Origin: Faecalibaculum rodentium
Lineage (GTDB): Bacteria; Bacillota_I; Bacilli_A; Erysipelotrichales; Erysipelotrichaceae
Direction of reading: 5' to 3'
Length of the DNA stretch: 32,000 nt
NCBI RefSeq assembly: GCF_001564455.1
Contig: NZ_CP011391.1
Span: 1,710,001 to 1,742,000, forward strand
The stretch's first letter is position 1; each line of letters opens with the position of its first letter. The position numbers were made by a program, and so were the translations under genes. Below, piece after piece: positions 1 to 8,695 of this stretch. The notes under the pieces are model-generated. The model saw only the letters and a list, made by a program, of their open reading frames with translations. It did not search any database and was not told the DNA's origin.

Positions 1-1
1 C

Positions 2-331
2 GATGCGGATCCCGAAAAAATGAAACGGTTCCTGGACCGCCATCCGGATCTCGTGAATGCCCCGAGCATGAGCGGGCTCTCGGAAATCACCCGCCGGGAT
101 GCCACGAAGGGAACTGCGGCGCTGGAGGTCCTGGACCTTCTGCAGATGGATGCGGGCCAGGCGGCGGCCTTTGGCGATGGCATCAACGACATCACGCTCC
201 TGGAGGCGATTCCCGAAAGCTATGCCCCGGAAACCGGCAGCGAACAGGCAAAGAACGCTGCCGCCCACATTCTGCCCATGCCGGATGACCACGCAGTGAT
301 CCGCAAAATGGAGGAACTCATCCGTGGATAA
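2..331 (+). CDS. Cof-type HAD-IIB family hydrolase, C-terminal part (5' end is upstream of the window)
   Basis: The frame is open from the window edge. The tail contains AFGDGINDITLLEA, which is HAD motif IV (GDGxND), and a Cof-like C-terminus. Stop TAA at 329-331. Confidence 0.75.
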   Translation, partial: DADPEKMKRFLDRHPDLVNAPSMSGLSEITRRDATKGTAALEVLDLLQMDAGQAAAFGDGINDITLLEAIPESYAPETGSEQAKNAAAHILPMPDDHAVIRKMEELIRG

Positions 332-998
332 GGAATCGGAATCCATCGTTCTGGGCACGCTTCTGGCGATCTCCGGCGGCCTCATGGATGCCTATTCCTA
401 TATCCTGCGGGGGCAGGTGTTCGCCAATGCTCAGACCGGGAACATCCTCTTCCTGGGAATCTACCTGTGTTCCGGACAGTGGCGGGAAGTGATCCACTAT
501 CTCTTCCCCGTCGCCGGATTCACCGCCGGGATCTTCATCTCGGAACTCATGCACCTCTCCCGGCTGCACCCGGTGCACTGGAAACAGACGATCCTGCTCG
601 CCGAGGCGTTTCTGCTGCTGCTGGTGCCGTTCATTCCCCTGGATCTCTTTGCGAACTCCCTGACGTCCTTTGTCTGCGGCATGCAGGTCCAGACCTTCCG
701 GAAGCTTCGGGGCCATCCCTTTGCCACGACGATGTGCATTGGCAACCTGCGCTCCGGCACAGTCTCCGCCGTCAACTGGCTCTGTCACCGGGAAGACCAC
801 CATCTGCGGGCCGCGGGAGCCTACTACTATGTGATTTTATGTTTCGTCATAGGTGCGGTGATCGGCAATGCCCTGGCACCTGTGACGGGGCTGTTCACCA
901 TTGCGGGCTGCACCGTGCTGCTCATGGTGTCGTGGGTGATTCTTCACTTCCAGCACCGGAAAAGCCAGCATACGCTGGATGAACTGGATCAGTTCTGA
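324..998 (+). CDS. YoaK-family (DUF1275) integral membrane protein
   Basis: GTG start at 324, 8 nt after GGAGGA (310-315), overlapping the upstream stop. The N-terminus LGTLLAISGGLMDAYSYILRGQVFANAQTGN is DUF1275-like. Multiple hydrophobic helices. A terminator follows. Confidence 0.7.
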   Translation: MDKESESIVLGTLLAISGGLMDAYSYILRGQVFANAQTGNILFLGIYLCSGQWREVIHYLFPVAGFTAGIFISELMHLSRLHPVHWKQTILLAEAFLLLLVPFIPLDLFANSLTSFVCGMQVQTFRKLRGHPFATTMCIGNLRSGTVSAVNWLCHREDHHLRAAGAYYYVILCFVIGAVIGNALAPVTGLFTIAGCTVLLMVSWVILHFQHRKSQHTLDELDQF

Positions 999-1029
999 GG
1001 AAGAAGAACCCAGTCTGTCCCGAATACAC

Positions 1030-1061
1030 AAAAAGAACCGGCATCGTGTCCGGTTCTTTTT
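1030..1061. terminator. Bidirectional rho-independent terminator
   Basis: aaaaaGAACCGG-catcgtgt-CCGGTTCttttt: a 7-bp GC-containing stem with an A-run 5' and a T-run 3'. It lies 32 nt after the yoaK-like stop. Confidence 0.7.
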
Positions 1062-1325
1062 GTGTCCGAGAGACAGGCCAGAGATGCCGATGATGGCAAA
1101 TCCCGTCCGTCTTCAGGGTTTTTACTTGCAGCGCTTCTTCTTCAGGATCGCGAGGATGCCCGCAACCGACAATGCCTGCTGCTCTCACCCGATTCATTTC
1201 ACATAGGACCAGGTCATTCTTTCCGGGCCGGCAGGCAAGCCATGTTATCGTGTCAGTGCATACCGTTGAGAGGCTTTCTGTGGTCCTTTCCTGCATGTCG
1301 CATCATGCATGTTCAGCTGAAACGC

Positions 1326-1365
1326 AAAAAACCTGCCGGCCGTTCATTGGCCTGACAGGTTTTTT
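1326..1365. terminator. Bidirectional rho-independent terminator (serves tpx on the minus strand)
   Basis: aaaaaaCCTGCCGGCC-gttcatt-GGCCTGACAGGtttttt. It lies 29 nt downstream of the tpx stop. Confidence 0.65.
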
Positions 1366-1393
1366 GCATATCTTCCTGCTTGTTGTACCGCGT

Positions 1394-1882
1394 TTACTTC
1401 TTCACGCCCGCAGCTTCCAGGGCCTTGTCGTAGTCCGGCTCCTGCGTGACTTCATCCACATACTCGTCGTACAGAATCTCGCCCGCAGGGTTGACCACAA
1501 ACACAGCCCGTGCCAGCAGACCGTTTTCCGCCATCCGCACACCCGCGGCTTTCGCAAAACTGCGGTCCTTGAAATCGGATGTGGCGATCAGGTTGTCGTT
1601 CTGTTCCATGTCCATCCAGCGCTTCAGCGCAAAGGGCAGGTCCATGGACACCGATATCAGTTTTACATCCGTGCCCTCCAGGGCGTGCATGAATTTGGCC
1701 AGCTCCGCGGAGCAGACCGGCGTGTCGGCACTGGGAACCGAGAGGATGATTTTCGTTCCTTCGATCTTCATGGGATCGATCTGGGCCAGGTTCACGTCAG
1801 TGACCGTGAAATCCGGCATGATGCTTCCGGGCTTGAGCCGGGTGCCTTCCAGCGTCACGGGAGCGCCTGCAAATGTTGTCAT
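1394..1882 (-). CDS. tpx: Thiol peroxidase (Tpx family peroxiredoxin), single-cysteine variant
   Basis: ATG at 1882 with GGAGG 8 nt upstream; the 224-aa ORF in the track is an upstream read-through. The 162-aa product MTTFAGAPVTLEGTRLKPGS...SADTPVCS...DLPFA...EPDYDKALEA aligns along its whole length with Tpx proteins as I recall them. Confidence 0.9.
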   Translation of the reverse strand: MTTFAGAPVTLEGTRLKPGSIMPDFTVTDVNLAQIDPMKIEGTKIILSVPSADTPVCSAELAKFMHALEGTDVKLISVSMDLPFALKRWMDMEQNDNLIATSDFKDRSFAKAAGVRMAENGLLARAVFVVNPAGEILYDEYVDEVTQEPDYDKALEAAGVKK

Positions 1883-1946
1883 ATTGATGTCCTCCTGCAG
1901 GCATTTTCCCCGGTTTTTCTCATTCCTGCATGTCTGATGCCCGACA

Positions 1947-2624
1947 TCAGTCTGCGCAGAGCCTGTAGCCGATCCCTTTCTTCGTTTCGATGAACCCCGC
2001 TGCGCCGATGGAATCCAGTTTTTTGCGCAGCCGGTTGACGTTGACCGACAGGGCGTTTTCGTCCACATAGCAATCCGTCTTCCACAGGCCTTCCATCAGG
2101 TCCTCGCGGGACACAATGACGTTGCGTCTCTCCATGAGCATTCGCAGGATCCGGGCTTCGTTCCGGGTGAGTTCCGCCGTTCTGCCCTCCAGGGAAATGG
2201 TGTTTTCATCGGTATTGAACCGCAGCCCGTGGTGTTCCAGCGTCCGGGTCTTCCCTGCAAAATCATAGGTTCGCCGCAGCAGGGCCTGGATCTTGAACGC
2301 CAGCACCTGCATGTCAAAGGGCTTGGTCATGTAGTCATCCGCTCCCTGGGAGACCGCCGTGACGATGTTCATCGCGTCATCTGCACTGGACAGAAACAGG
2401 ATGGGAACTTTGGAATGCAGACGGATCTGTCTGGTCCATTCAAAGCCGTTGCGGTAGGGCAGGCTCACGTCCATGATCACCAGGTCCGGATTCCATTCAT
2501 TCACGGTCTCCAGTACCCTGTCAAACACCTCCACGCATTTCGCGTCATAGCCCCAGGATCCCAGAAACTGGGTAGTCTTCCGGGCGATGACCATGTCGTC
2601 TTCCACCATCAGTATTTTGTACAT
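1947..2624 (-). CDS. OmpR-family response regulator, BceR-like
   Basis: Receiver domain (MVEDD...DLVIMDVSLP...KPF) plus a winged-helix domain. The C-terminal ENALSVNVNRLRKKL...ETKKGIGYRL closely resembles B. subtilis BceR (DNTLTVNVNRLRKKL) as I recall it. The ATG lies 1 nt after the upstream stop, and its RBS (CAGGAGG) sits inside the upstream gene. Confidence 0.9.
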   Translation of the reverse strand: MYKILMVEDDMVIARKTTQFLGSWGYDAKCVEVFDRVLETVNEWNPDLVIMDVSLPYRNGFEWTRQIRLHSKVPILFLSSADDAMNIVTAVSQGADDYMTKPFDMQVLAFKIQALLRRTYDFAGKTRTLEHHGLRFNTDENTISLEGRTAELTRNEARILRMLMERRNVIVSREDLMEGLWKTDCYVDENALSVNVNRLRKKLDSIGAAGFIETKKGIGYRLCAD

Positions 2625-2625
2625 A

Positions 2626-3969
2626 TCACGCCTCCTGGTCCTCTGTCACGATCCGGTCGCAGGCCTTGAAGGGAAACGCCGGAATGCCCGTGGCAGACCG
2701 GATGCGGACAACGGGATCACATTCCAGCCCATGGCTGCCGGTCCAGGCCAGCGAATCGCTGCCGGTCTCCAGGACCTGGTCAAACCATACCCGGTCCGGT
2801 GTCTGTCGGACGACCTTCGGTCCATCCTGGTAAGGCTCCAGTCCCAGCATGGCAGCCGCCATGCGGCCCATGCGATATCCTGGAATGGTTTTGTTTTGGG
2901 GGTGAATGTTTTCGTGGTCTCCGGCATCCAGCAGGCACACGATCTCCGCGTCAGAATCCGCTTCAGCCACCGCCATCTGCGCCAGACGCAAAGTCCCCCA
3001 GTCTTTGTCCGGATTGTATTCCATGTACCCCGGCAGCTGGGCGATGACCACCGGCAGGTCCGGCTGTTCCAGTTCCCTTCGCCAGCGGGCCAGGAGCTTT
3101 GTGAGCAGTGATTTGTATCCTTTCGCAAACTTCGTATCTTCTTCTCCCTGATACCACAGCAGGATATCCGGGGCCAGTCCCTTCAGGCGCGTGGCCATCG
3201 TATCCCACAGACCGGCCGGACGCAGGAAATCCTTCCGTCCCTTCGGCCCCGGAAACGGGGTATGCCCCATGATGTCCTTTTTCTCCGCCCGACTCAGTTC
3301 GGGATGGGCTTTGTCAAAGTCGGCAAACCGCCGGTTGTAGTTGTCCACTTCCTGTTCGAAAACGGCAATGCAGGCATCTTCCTCTTCATCGGTCTGGTCC
3401 GCGATGTCCGCCCAGTAGTCAGTGACATAAAACGCCTCCAGGGCCGGGTCGGCTTTCAGGTCCTCTTCCGGCACCCAACTCGCGGCACTGGATCCGCCCT
3501 TGTAACAGCCCACAAGGCCGATGGGCCGGCCGGTACGTTCAGCCACTTCCAGGGTTGCGAGCAGCCCCACTGCCGAAACATCGCCGATGGCATCCGGTTT
3601 CAGCCGGCACCACTGCATGTCCTCTCCGGAATCGTGACCGGGGTACAGGATCCGCGGCACCTGGAGCCAGGAAATGTCCTTTCCCTCCAGCCGTTGACGG
3701 ATCTCGTCTTCGTTCAGGGAATCCCGGACGGGCCACTCCATGTTGGACTGACCCGCTGCGAGGATTACCAGGCCGTGGCGCACATTGTGCAGCGTGACCC
3801 GGCTGTCGCCATCCGCAAGAAGCATGTCACCGTCTTCGAAGGCACTCTCCCAGGTGCCGTCTGTGACCGGTACAGGGCGGCCGTTGACCGTCACCTCCGG
3901 CTGGTCGGAATACCCCCAGAGGCGGGTGAGGATGGCGTCATCCTGGATATAGTCAGGCAGTCTGATCAT
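2626..3969 (-). CDS. Sialate O-acetylesterase-like (SASA/DUF303, SGNH-type) carbohydrate esterase
   Basis: ATG at 3969 (MIRLPDY) with AGGAG 5 nt upstream. GQSNM nucleophile motif (ILAAGQSNMEWP) and a distal DAGDHENIHPQNK block typical of the SASA family. No obvious signal peptide. Confidence 0.75.
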   Translation of the reverse strand: MIRLPDYIQDDAILTRLWGYSDQPEVTVNGRPVPVTDGTWESAFEDGDMLLADGDSRVTLHNVRHGLVILAAGQSNMEWPVRDSLNEDEIRQRLEGKDISWLQVPRILYPGHDSGEDMQWCRLKPDAIGDVSAVGLLATLEVAERTGRPIGLVGCYKGGSSAASWVPEEDLKADPALEAFYVTDYWADIADQTDEEEDACIAVFEQEVDNYNRRFADFDKAHPELSRAEKKDIMGHTPFPGPKGRKDFLRPAGLWDTMATRLKGLAPDILLWYQGEEDTKFAKGYKSLLTKLLARWRRELEQPDLPVVIAQLPGYMEYNPDKDWGTLRLAQMAVAEADSDAEIVCLLDAGDHENIHPQNKTIPGYRMGRMAAAMLGLEPYQDGPKVVRQTPDRVWFDQVLETGSDSLAWTGSHGLECDPVVRIRSATGIPAFPFKACDRIVTEDQEA

Positions 3970-5320
3970 GAACGCTCCTTTCTGTCTGGTGAAGAAACCG
4001 CACAAGCAGCACCGTGCCGATGATCGTCATGATGAACTCGGCCGCAAACTGCGAGAAGCCCAGGCCGTACATCGGCCACAGGCGGTCAAAGAGAAACATG
4101 AAGGGGATTTCCAGGATCACCTTCCTGCATATGGCCATGAACAGCGCCAGGTTGCCTTTGCCTGCTGCCTGGAACACACCCACGGCAAGAAAATCCATGG
4201 CCAGAAACGGGATTGCCAGGGAGAGTCCCCGCAGCAGGACCTGGCCGATGGCCACAGTCGCCGGATCCTGGATGAACCAGCGCACGATCGTCGACGGGAA
4301 CAGTTCAAAGACCACACACACGGCGGCCAGGAAGCCGAAGGTGATTTTGGCAGTGAACAAAATGGCTTCCTTCATCCGGGTGATGTTCAGCGACGCATAG
4401 TTGTATCCCACCAGAGGCATGACACCCTGGGAAATGCCCTGGGCAGCATACATCGGCACCATGGCCACTTTCATGCCGATGCCCATGGCCGCCACGGCTT
4501 CTGTGCCGTATCCTGCTGCGAGGTTGTTCGCAATGACCTGCCCGGCGACATTGAGCAGGTTCTGAATGCTGGCAGGGACCCCCACCGCAAAGACGCCCAG
4601 AGGGACGCGGCCCTTCAGGGAGAACAGGCGGATGTTCAGACTCACGACGGTTTTTTCCCGTCGGATGAAGACATAGGCAATGAAATACAGCACCGCAAAG
4701 CAGTTGGAGATCAGGGTGGCCAGTGCAGCCCCTTCGGCTCCCATGCCGAATCCCAGGATAAACACCGGGTCCAGGAGGATGTTCAGGAAACAGCCGCTCA
4801 TGGTTCCCAGAGCCGCATGGGAGGTGGCGCCTTCCGCCCGGACCAGATAGGCCATGACCACGTTCAGGATCGCCGGGATGGCGCCGACGATCACGGTCCA
4901 CAGCAGGTAGCGCCCCGTGGGCTGGTATGTGGCGGCGGAAGCGCCGAGCATGTACAGCAGCGGTTCAATGAAGACCAGTGCCAGCAAAGAGAAGATCAGA
5001 GAGCAGAACAGCGATCCGTAAAACCCGAAGGAGGAACTCCGGGCAACGGTTTTCAGGTCCCGGGCGCCCAGGGCGCGGCTCATCATGGAGCTGGCACCTA
5101 CGCCGAACAGGTTGTTGATCGCATTGAAGGCCAGCAGCACCGGTGCCGCCAGGGAAACTGCGGCGGTCTGGATGGGGTCATTGGCCAGGCCGACGAAGAA
5201 CGTATCCGCCAGGGAATAGAGCACCGTGACCAGGCTGGCTGCGGCTGTGGGTACAGACAGGGCGAATACCGCTTTGGGGATGGATTCGGATTCAAACAGA
5301 TATGTGCGGTCCTGTTTCAT
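3953..5320 (-). CDS. MATE family efflux transporter
   Basis: ATG at 5320 (MKQDRTYLFESESIPKAV...) with GAGGTG upstream. About 12 hydrophobic helices. MATE-like N-terminus (LSVPTAAASLVTVLYSLADTFFVG). The 3' end overlaps the esterase start by 17 nt. Confidence 0.85.
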   Translation of the reverse strand: MKQDRTYLFESESIPKAVFALSVPTAAASLVTVLYSLADTFFVGLANDPIQTAAVSLAAPVLLAFNAINNLFGVGASSMMSRALGARDLKTVARSSSFGFYGSLFCSLIFSLLALVFIEPLLYMLGASAATYQPTGRYLLWTVIVGAIPAILNVVMAYLVRAEGATSHAALGTMSGCFLNILLDPVFILGFGMGAEGAALATLISNCFAVLYFIAYVFIRREKTVVSLNIRLFSLKGRVPLGVFAVGVPASIQNLLNVAGQVIANNLAAGYGTEAVAAMGIGMKVAMVPMYAAQGISQGVMPLVGYNYASLNITRMKEAILFTAKITFGFLAAVCVVFELFPSTIVRWFIQDPATVAIGQVLLRGLSLAIPFLAMDFLAVGVFQAAGKGNLALFMAICRKVILEIPFMFLFDRLWPMYGLGFSQFAAEFIMTIIGTVLLVRFLHQTERSVHDQTA

Positions 5321-5351
5321 TGTGACACCTCGCTTTGTCAAAGTTCCTATG

Positions 5352-5374
5352 AAAAAAGGACTCCGAAGAGTCCT
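5352..5374 (-). terminator. Rho-independent terminator after the DUF349 gene
   Basis: Minus strand: AGGACTC-ttcg-GAGTCCT followed by TTTTTT. It lies 10 nt after the stop at 5385. Confidence 0.75.
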
Positions 5375-5384
5375 GTAGATGCAA

Positions 5385-6539
5385 CTAGTCGTTCAGACGG
5401 TTGTCGATATCGGCAATTTCGGCTTCCAGCTGTGCGATGAAGTCTTCCTTGTCTTCGATCTGCTGCTGGATGTCGACCATTTCAGCCTCGGATACCAGGC
5501 CGAACATGTCGTCCTGCAGACGGCTGATCTGACGCTTCTGGTTGGCGATGATTTCCTGTTTGCGCACGCGGGAGTCGCTCATGCGGTTTCTCCAGTCCAT
5601 CTGCCGGGCTTCGGAGTTCTTCTTCAGTCCGTCGAAATAGCTGTCCATCTGTTCGCGCAGGGCTGCCCACAGTTCGTCGTCACGGTTTTTGCCGGTGGAT
5701 CCGATGGCTTTCCAGTCAGCAGTGATCTGCTTCATGGTCTGCGTGTTCTGGCGGCTGTAATCCTCTTTTTCGGCGATTGCCTTTGCCTGGTCGATCAGGC
5801 CGCGTTTCTTGGCGGCACGGATCGCCTGTTCCTTGTGCAGCTCATCGTAGTAGGCGTTGCGTGCTTCGTAGAACTGCTGACGGGCACCGTTGAATTCTTC
5901 CCACAGGTTGTCGTCGTATTTGCGGCCGGCAGATCCTGCTGCCTTCCACTCGTTCATCAGGTCACGCATCTTGTTGGATGTCTTCTGCCATTCGTGGGAA
6001 TCGGCCAGTTCCTTGGCCTTTTCGATCAGCTCGGCCTTTTTGGTCCGGGCTTCCTGGCGGCGCTGTGTCTGTTCTTCCCAGTGTGCGTGCTTGCGGTCAT
6101 AGAAAACCTGACGCGCAGCCTGGAACTGTTCCCACAGCTGGTCGTCCACGACCTTGCCGGCGGAACCGGCGGCCTTCCAGGCGTCCATCAGATCGTTCAT
6201 GATCTGTGTACCCTGGTTGAAGTTTTCGATATTGGCGGTTTCCTTCGCCTTTTCGATCAGGTCTTCCTTCTGAGCCTGGGTAGTCTTGTAGAGCTCGTTG
6301 CGTTTTGCATACACTTTGTCCACATAGCTTTCGAATTCATCCCGCAGGCCGTCTTCGTAATCGGATTCCCAGTAGTGGATCCGGTTCCAGCGCCGCTTCA
6401 TGTCGTTGACTGCACGCAGAGCGGCAGCACCGTCGGTTTCCAGGTCGAGGCTCTTGATCTCCTCGATCAGTTCCTGTTTGCGCTGGATGTCCGCATCCAT
6501 GTCCATGTCTTCTACATCATAGATTTCATCATTTGCCAT
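5385..6539 (-). CDS. DUF349 repeat protein
   Basis: 384 aa, highly charged. Four recognisable DUF349 repeats, for example LMDAWKAAGSAGKVVDDQLWEQFQAARQVFY, LMNEWKAAGSAGRKYDDNLWEEFNGARQQFY and ITADWKAIGSTGKNRDDELWAALREQMDSYF. Confidence 0.8.
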   Translation of the reverse strand: MANDEIYDVEDMDMDADIQRKQELIEEIKSLDLETDGAAALRAVNDMKRRWNRIHYWESDYEDGLRDEFESYVDKVYAKRNELYKTTQAQKEDLIEKAKETANIENFNQGTQIMNDLMDAWKAAGSAGKVVDDQLWEQFQAARQVFYDRKHAHWEEQTQRRQEARTKKAELIEKAKELADSHEWQKTSNKMRDLMNEWKAAGSAGRKYDDNLWEEFNGARQQFYEARNAYYDELHKEQAIRAAKKRGLIDQAKAIAEKEDYSRQNTQTMKQITADWKAIGSTGKNRDDELWAALREQMDSYFDGLKKNSEARQMDWRNRMSDSRVRKQEIIANQKRQISRLQDDMFGLVSEAEMVDIQQQIEDKEDFIAQLEAEIADIDNRLND

Positions 6540-6638
6540 TTGTTATACCCTCACTTTACCCAGTTAGAAGCTGTCATTAACTGCTTTTACCATTCTAGCA
6601 CAGTCGGATTTAAAAGAGAAATGTGAATTTTGCGGATG

Positions 6639-7247
6639 TCAACCGCTGTTTTTCCGGCCTCCGCCACGGCGTTTCAGGCGCGTCAGATGCTGCAGGACCA
6701 TCAGGGAGACCAGCAGCCAGAGCTGCTCCGTCACCCATACAGAGAGGATGGACAGCGACACACACTGATACAGAAACGGCAGGACCAGACCCGCTGCCAG
6801 CGGGGTGAACAGATACACCCACCGGATGCGCCCCGGGAGCACCGCCACAGATACCAGCAGACGCAGCCCATAGAGGATCAGCAGGATCCGGCAGGTGATG
6901 TCCACACCCGTCGGGGCGGCCAGATCATGGAAGAAGCCGAAACCTGCAGGATTCCGGGCAGTCAGGATGTCCATCCAGAGACACAGGGTGCATGCAATGG
7001 CAGAAAGGGCACACAGGACAAAGCCGCGGGTGGCCGGCAGAGCGTACCGGAAATGGCGGTTCTCCAGCAGGGAGACCCTGAGCTGCTGCCTGGCTGCCTC
7101 CAGCTGTTCAGGTTCCAGCGACTGTCTGTCCAGCTGTGCCCAGACCGCATTCCGGTGATGGACCAGCTGCTTCATGCGGACATTTTCGAGTCCAAGTGCA
7201 ATGCGGATGCTGAGTACGGCAATCACGCCAAGAATCACCAGAATCAT
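6639..7247 (-). CDS. Hypothetical membrane protein
   Basis: ATG at 7247 (MILVILGVIAV...) preceded by GAAGGAGGAAAGCCC. About 202 aa with about 5 hydrophobic segments and a basic tail (RLKRRGGGRKNSG). No family recognised. Confidence 0.5.
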   Translation of the reverse strand: MILVILGVIAVLSIRIALGLENVRMKQLVHHRNAVWAQLDRQSLEPEQLEAARQQLRVSLLENRHFRYALPATRGFVLCALSAIACTLCLWMDILTARNPAGFGFFHDLAAPTGVDITCRILLILYGLRLLVSVAVLPGRIRWVYLFTPLAAGLVLPFLYQCVSLSILSVWVTEQLWLLVSLMVLQHLTRLKRRGGGRKNSG

Positions 7248-7703
7248 GGGCTTTCCTCCTTCGTTACCCTGATTCTGACAGATGTTCCCCTGCCGCAAAA
7301 GGTCAGATTGTCTTTTCCGCTTCATGCAGGAACATTTGGATATCCAGATGTCACACTTGGTGTTTTTTCTGTCTCAAAGGCAGAGAACAGCCAATACCGG
7401 AACAAAATGGTTCACGGAAAACAGGTTCTTTCATCCATGTCTCGAGCAGGTCCACGACCGGTCCCCTGCTCCATGATGGCATACTGTTCTCTGGATGCCG
7501 GCAATCCTTATAGTATTGGATCCTTGCCGCCCCCTGGCCCGATTTGCGTCCAAAAGACCTGATGTCTGTTTTGTCCAGAAAATTTCCAGGAATATGGAAG
7601 AAGTCCGGATGAAATGAATCGCTTACATTTGCAGAATTATGCTGCATATAAAGTATAGACATCTAGTTGTAGACAACATGTCATCGCGAAGAAAGGAACT
7701 TTT

Positions 7704-8381
7704 ATGAAAAACTGGTTTACTCAATTTCAGGCACCCCTGATGAAGTTCGGCGAGAAGCTGTCCCGCAACAAGATCCTGCAGATCCTGCGGGATGCCTTCA
7801 TGCTGGCCTTCCCGCTGACGATCTTCGGCTCCATCACACTGATCATCGCCAACTTCCCGTTCCTGGCTCAGACCATCGGCGAAAGCGCCGCCGCTTCCCT
7901 GAACGCGATGCTGGGACCGGCTTCCACAGCTACCATGTCCTTCGCAACGGTCTTCACTGTCCTGGGCATTGGCTATTATTTCTCCTGTGACCGCAAGGTG
8001 GATCCGATCTTCGGAGCTGCCATCGCACCGGCTGCTTTCGGCCTGGTCACACCTATGGAAACCGTCTTCGAGCTCGAGACCGGTGGCTCTGTCGTGGTCG
8101 GAAACGTTCTGGACATCAACCGGCTGGGGGCCAAAGGCATGTTTGTGGGGATGATCGGCGCTTTCCTGGCTTCATGGCTCTACAGCTGGACCACCAAAAA
8201 GAACTGGACCATCAAAATGCCGGACACCGTTCCGCCTGCTGTCTCCAAATCCTTCTCGGCGCTGATCCCCGCCTGTTTCACATTGAGTGTATTCCTGCTG
8301 ATCCGGATCGTCTTCCAGTTCACGCCCTGGGGCAATATTCATGACTTCTTCTACGAAATCGTTCAGGGTGTGCAAGGATGA
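7704..8381 (+). pseudogene. PTS lactose/cellobiose-family EIIC, truncated to the N-terminal half
   Basis: The 225 aa align with the first half of LicC/CelB-type EIIC (LRDAFMLAFPLTIFGS...KMPDTVPPAVSKSF...) and stop at about half the usual length of about 430-450 aa. Confidence 0.8.
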
Positions 8382-8564
8382 GGGAGACCTGGCCGTCTGA
8401 TACTGCTTGCGCCGCAGATGACCTGGGCCAGGCAGGAAATGGAACAGCTGTTTCCCGATGCCCTGATTCTCGCCATCGGCCAGAGCGAGTACGGTCTCGG
8501 AGAGCCGGAAATGATCGGGCGGGAAATTCTGAAGCTGTGCCGGCAGGTCGACGGCGATGACTGA
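8382..8564 (+). pseudogene. Remnant of a PTS cellobiose-type EIIB (C-terminal about 55 aa), in frame behind the EIIC stop
   Basis: In the same frame after TGA 8379-8381, the sequence reads GRPGRLILLAPQMTWARQEMEQLFPDALILAIGQSEYGLGEPEMIGREILKLCRQVDGDD*. This resembles the ChbB/LicB C-terminal half (VVLLGPQI...IDSLLYGKVDG..VLK) as I recall it. No start codon and no N-terminal Cys loop. Confidence 0.5.
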
Positions 8565-8596
8565 CCGCATCCGGATCTGCCGGTTCTGTCAGATAC

Positions 8597-8653
8597 AAAA
8601 AAAACACGGAGCTTTCATCACCTGTCTGACAGGGTGAAAAGGTCCGTGTTTTT
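8597..8653. terminator. Bidirectional terminator between convergent genes
   Basis: aaaaaaaaCACGGA...(inner hairpin TCACCTGTC-tga-CAGGGTGA)...TCCGTGttttt. Confidence 0.5.
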
Positions 8654-8695
8654 GCATGCACAGGGCGCTTCCATCGCCACCGGAAAAGCGGCCCG

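Noticed and set aside
1883-2068. The 62-codon N-terminal extension of the tpx ORF in the track, overlapping the regulator gene.
   Set aside because: Tpx proteins start at MTTF..., which has a GGAGG RBS 8 nt upstream. The extension overlaps the 3' end of the regulator in another frame and has no homology-like features.
3968-5440. A 490-aa plus-strand ORF antisense to the MATE gene. The same situation applies at 5379-6626, 6630-7562, 10924-12681, 12982-14250, 14323-15177, 15108-15878, 17972-18973, 20399-21205, 23561-25477 and 25251-26258.
   Set aside because: In every case the opposite strand encodes a protein with clear family motifs, a good RBS and operon logic. The listed ORF gives Arg/His/Gln/Gly-rich low-complexity sequence. 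These are shadow ORFs.
7351-7662. A 103-aa minus-strand ORF in the 450-nt region upstream of the PTS pseudogene. It might be a decayed regulator.
   Set aside because: No recognisable HTH or effector-domain motif, no RBS, and Cys/Arg/Pro-rich odd composition. I cannot support it as a gene. A homology search could revisit this.
7656-7667. GTTGT-AG-ACAAC palindrome 37 nt upstream of the EIIC start, reminiscent of GntR/HutC (NagR-type ...GTATAGACAAC) operators.
   Set aside because: Only 5-bp arms, with flanks that are not symmetric. This is too short to distinguish from chance, and the downstream gene is a pseudogene.
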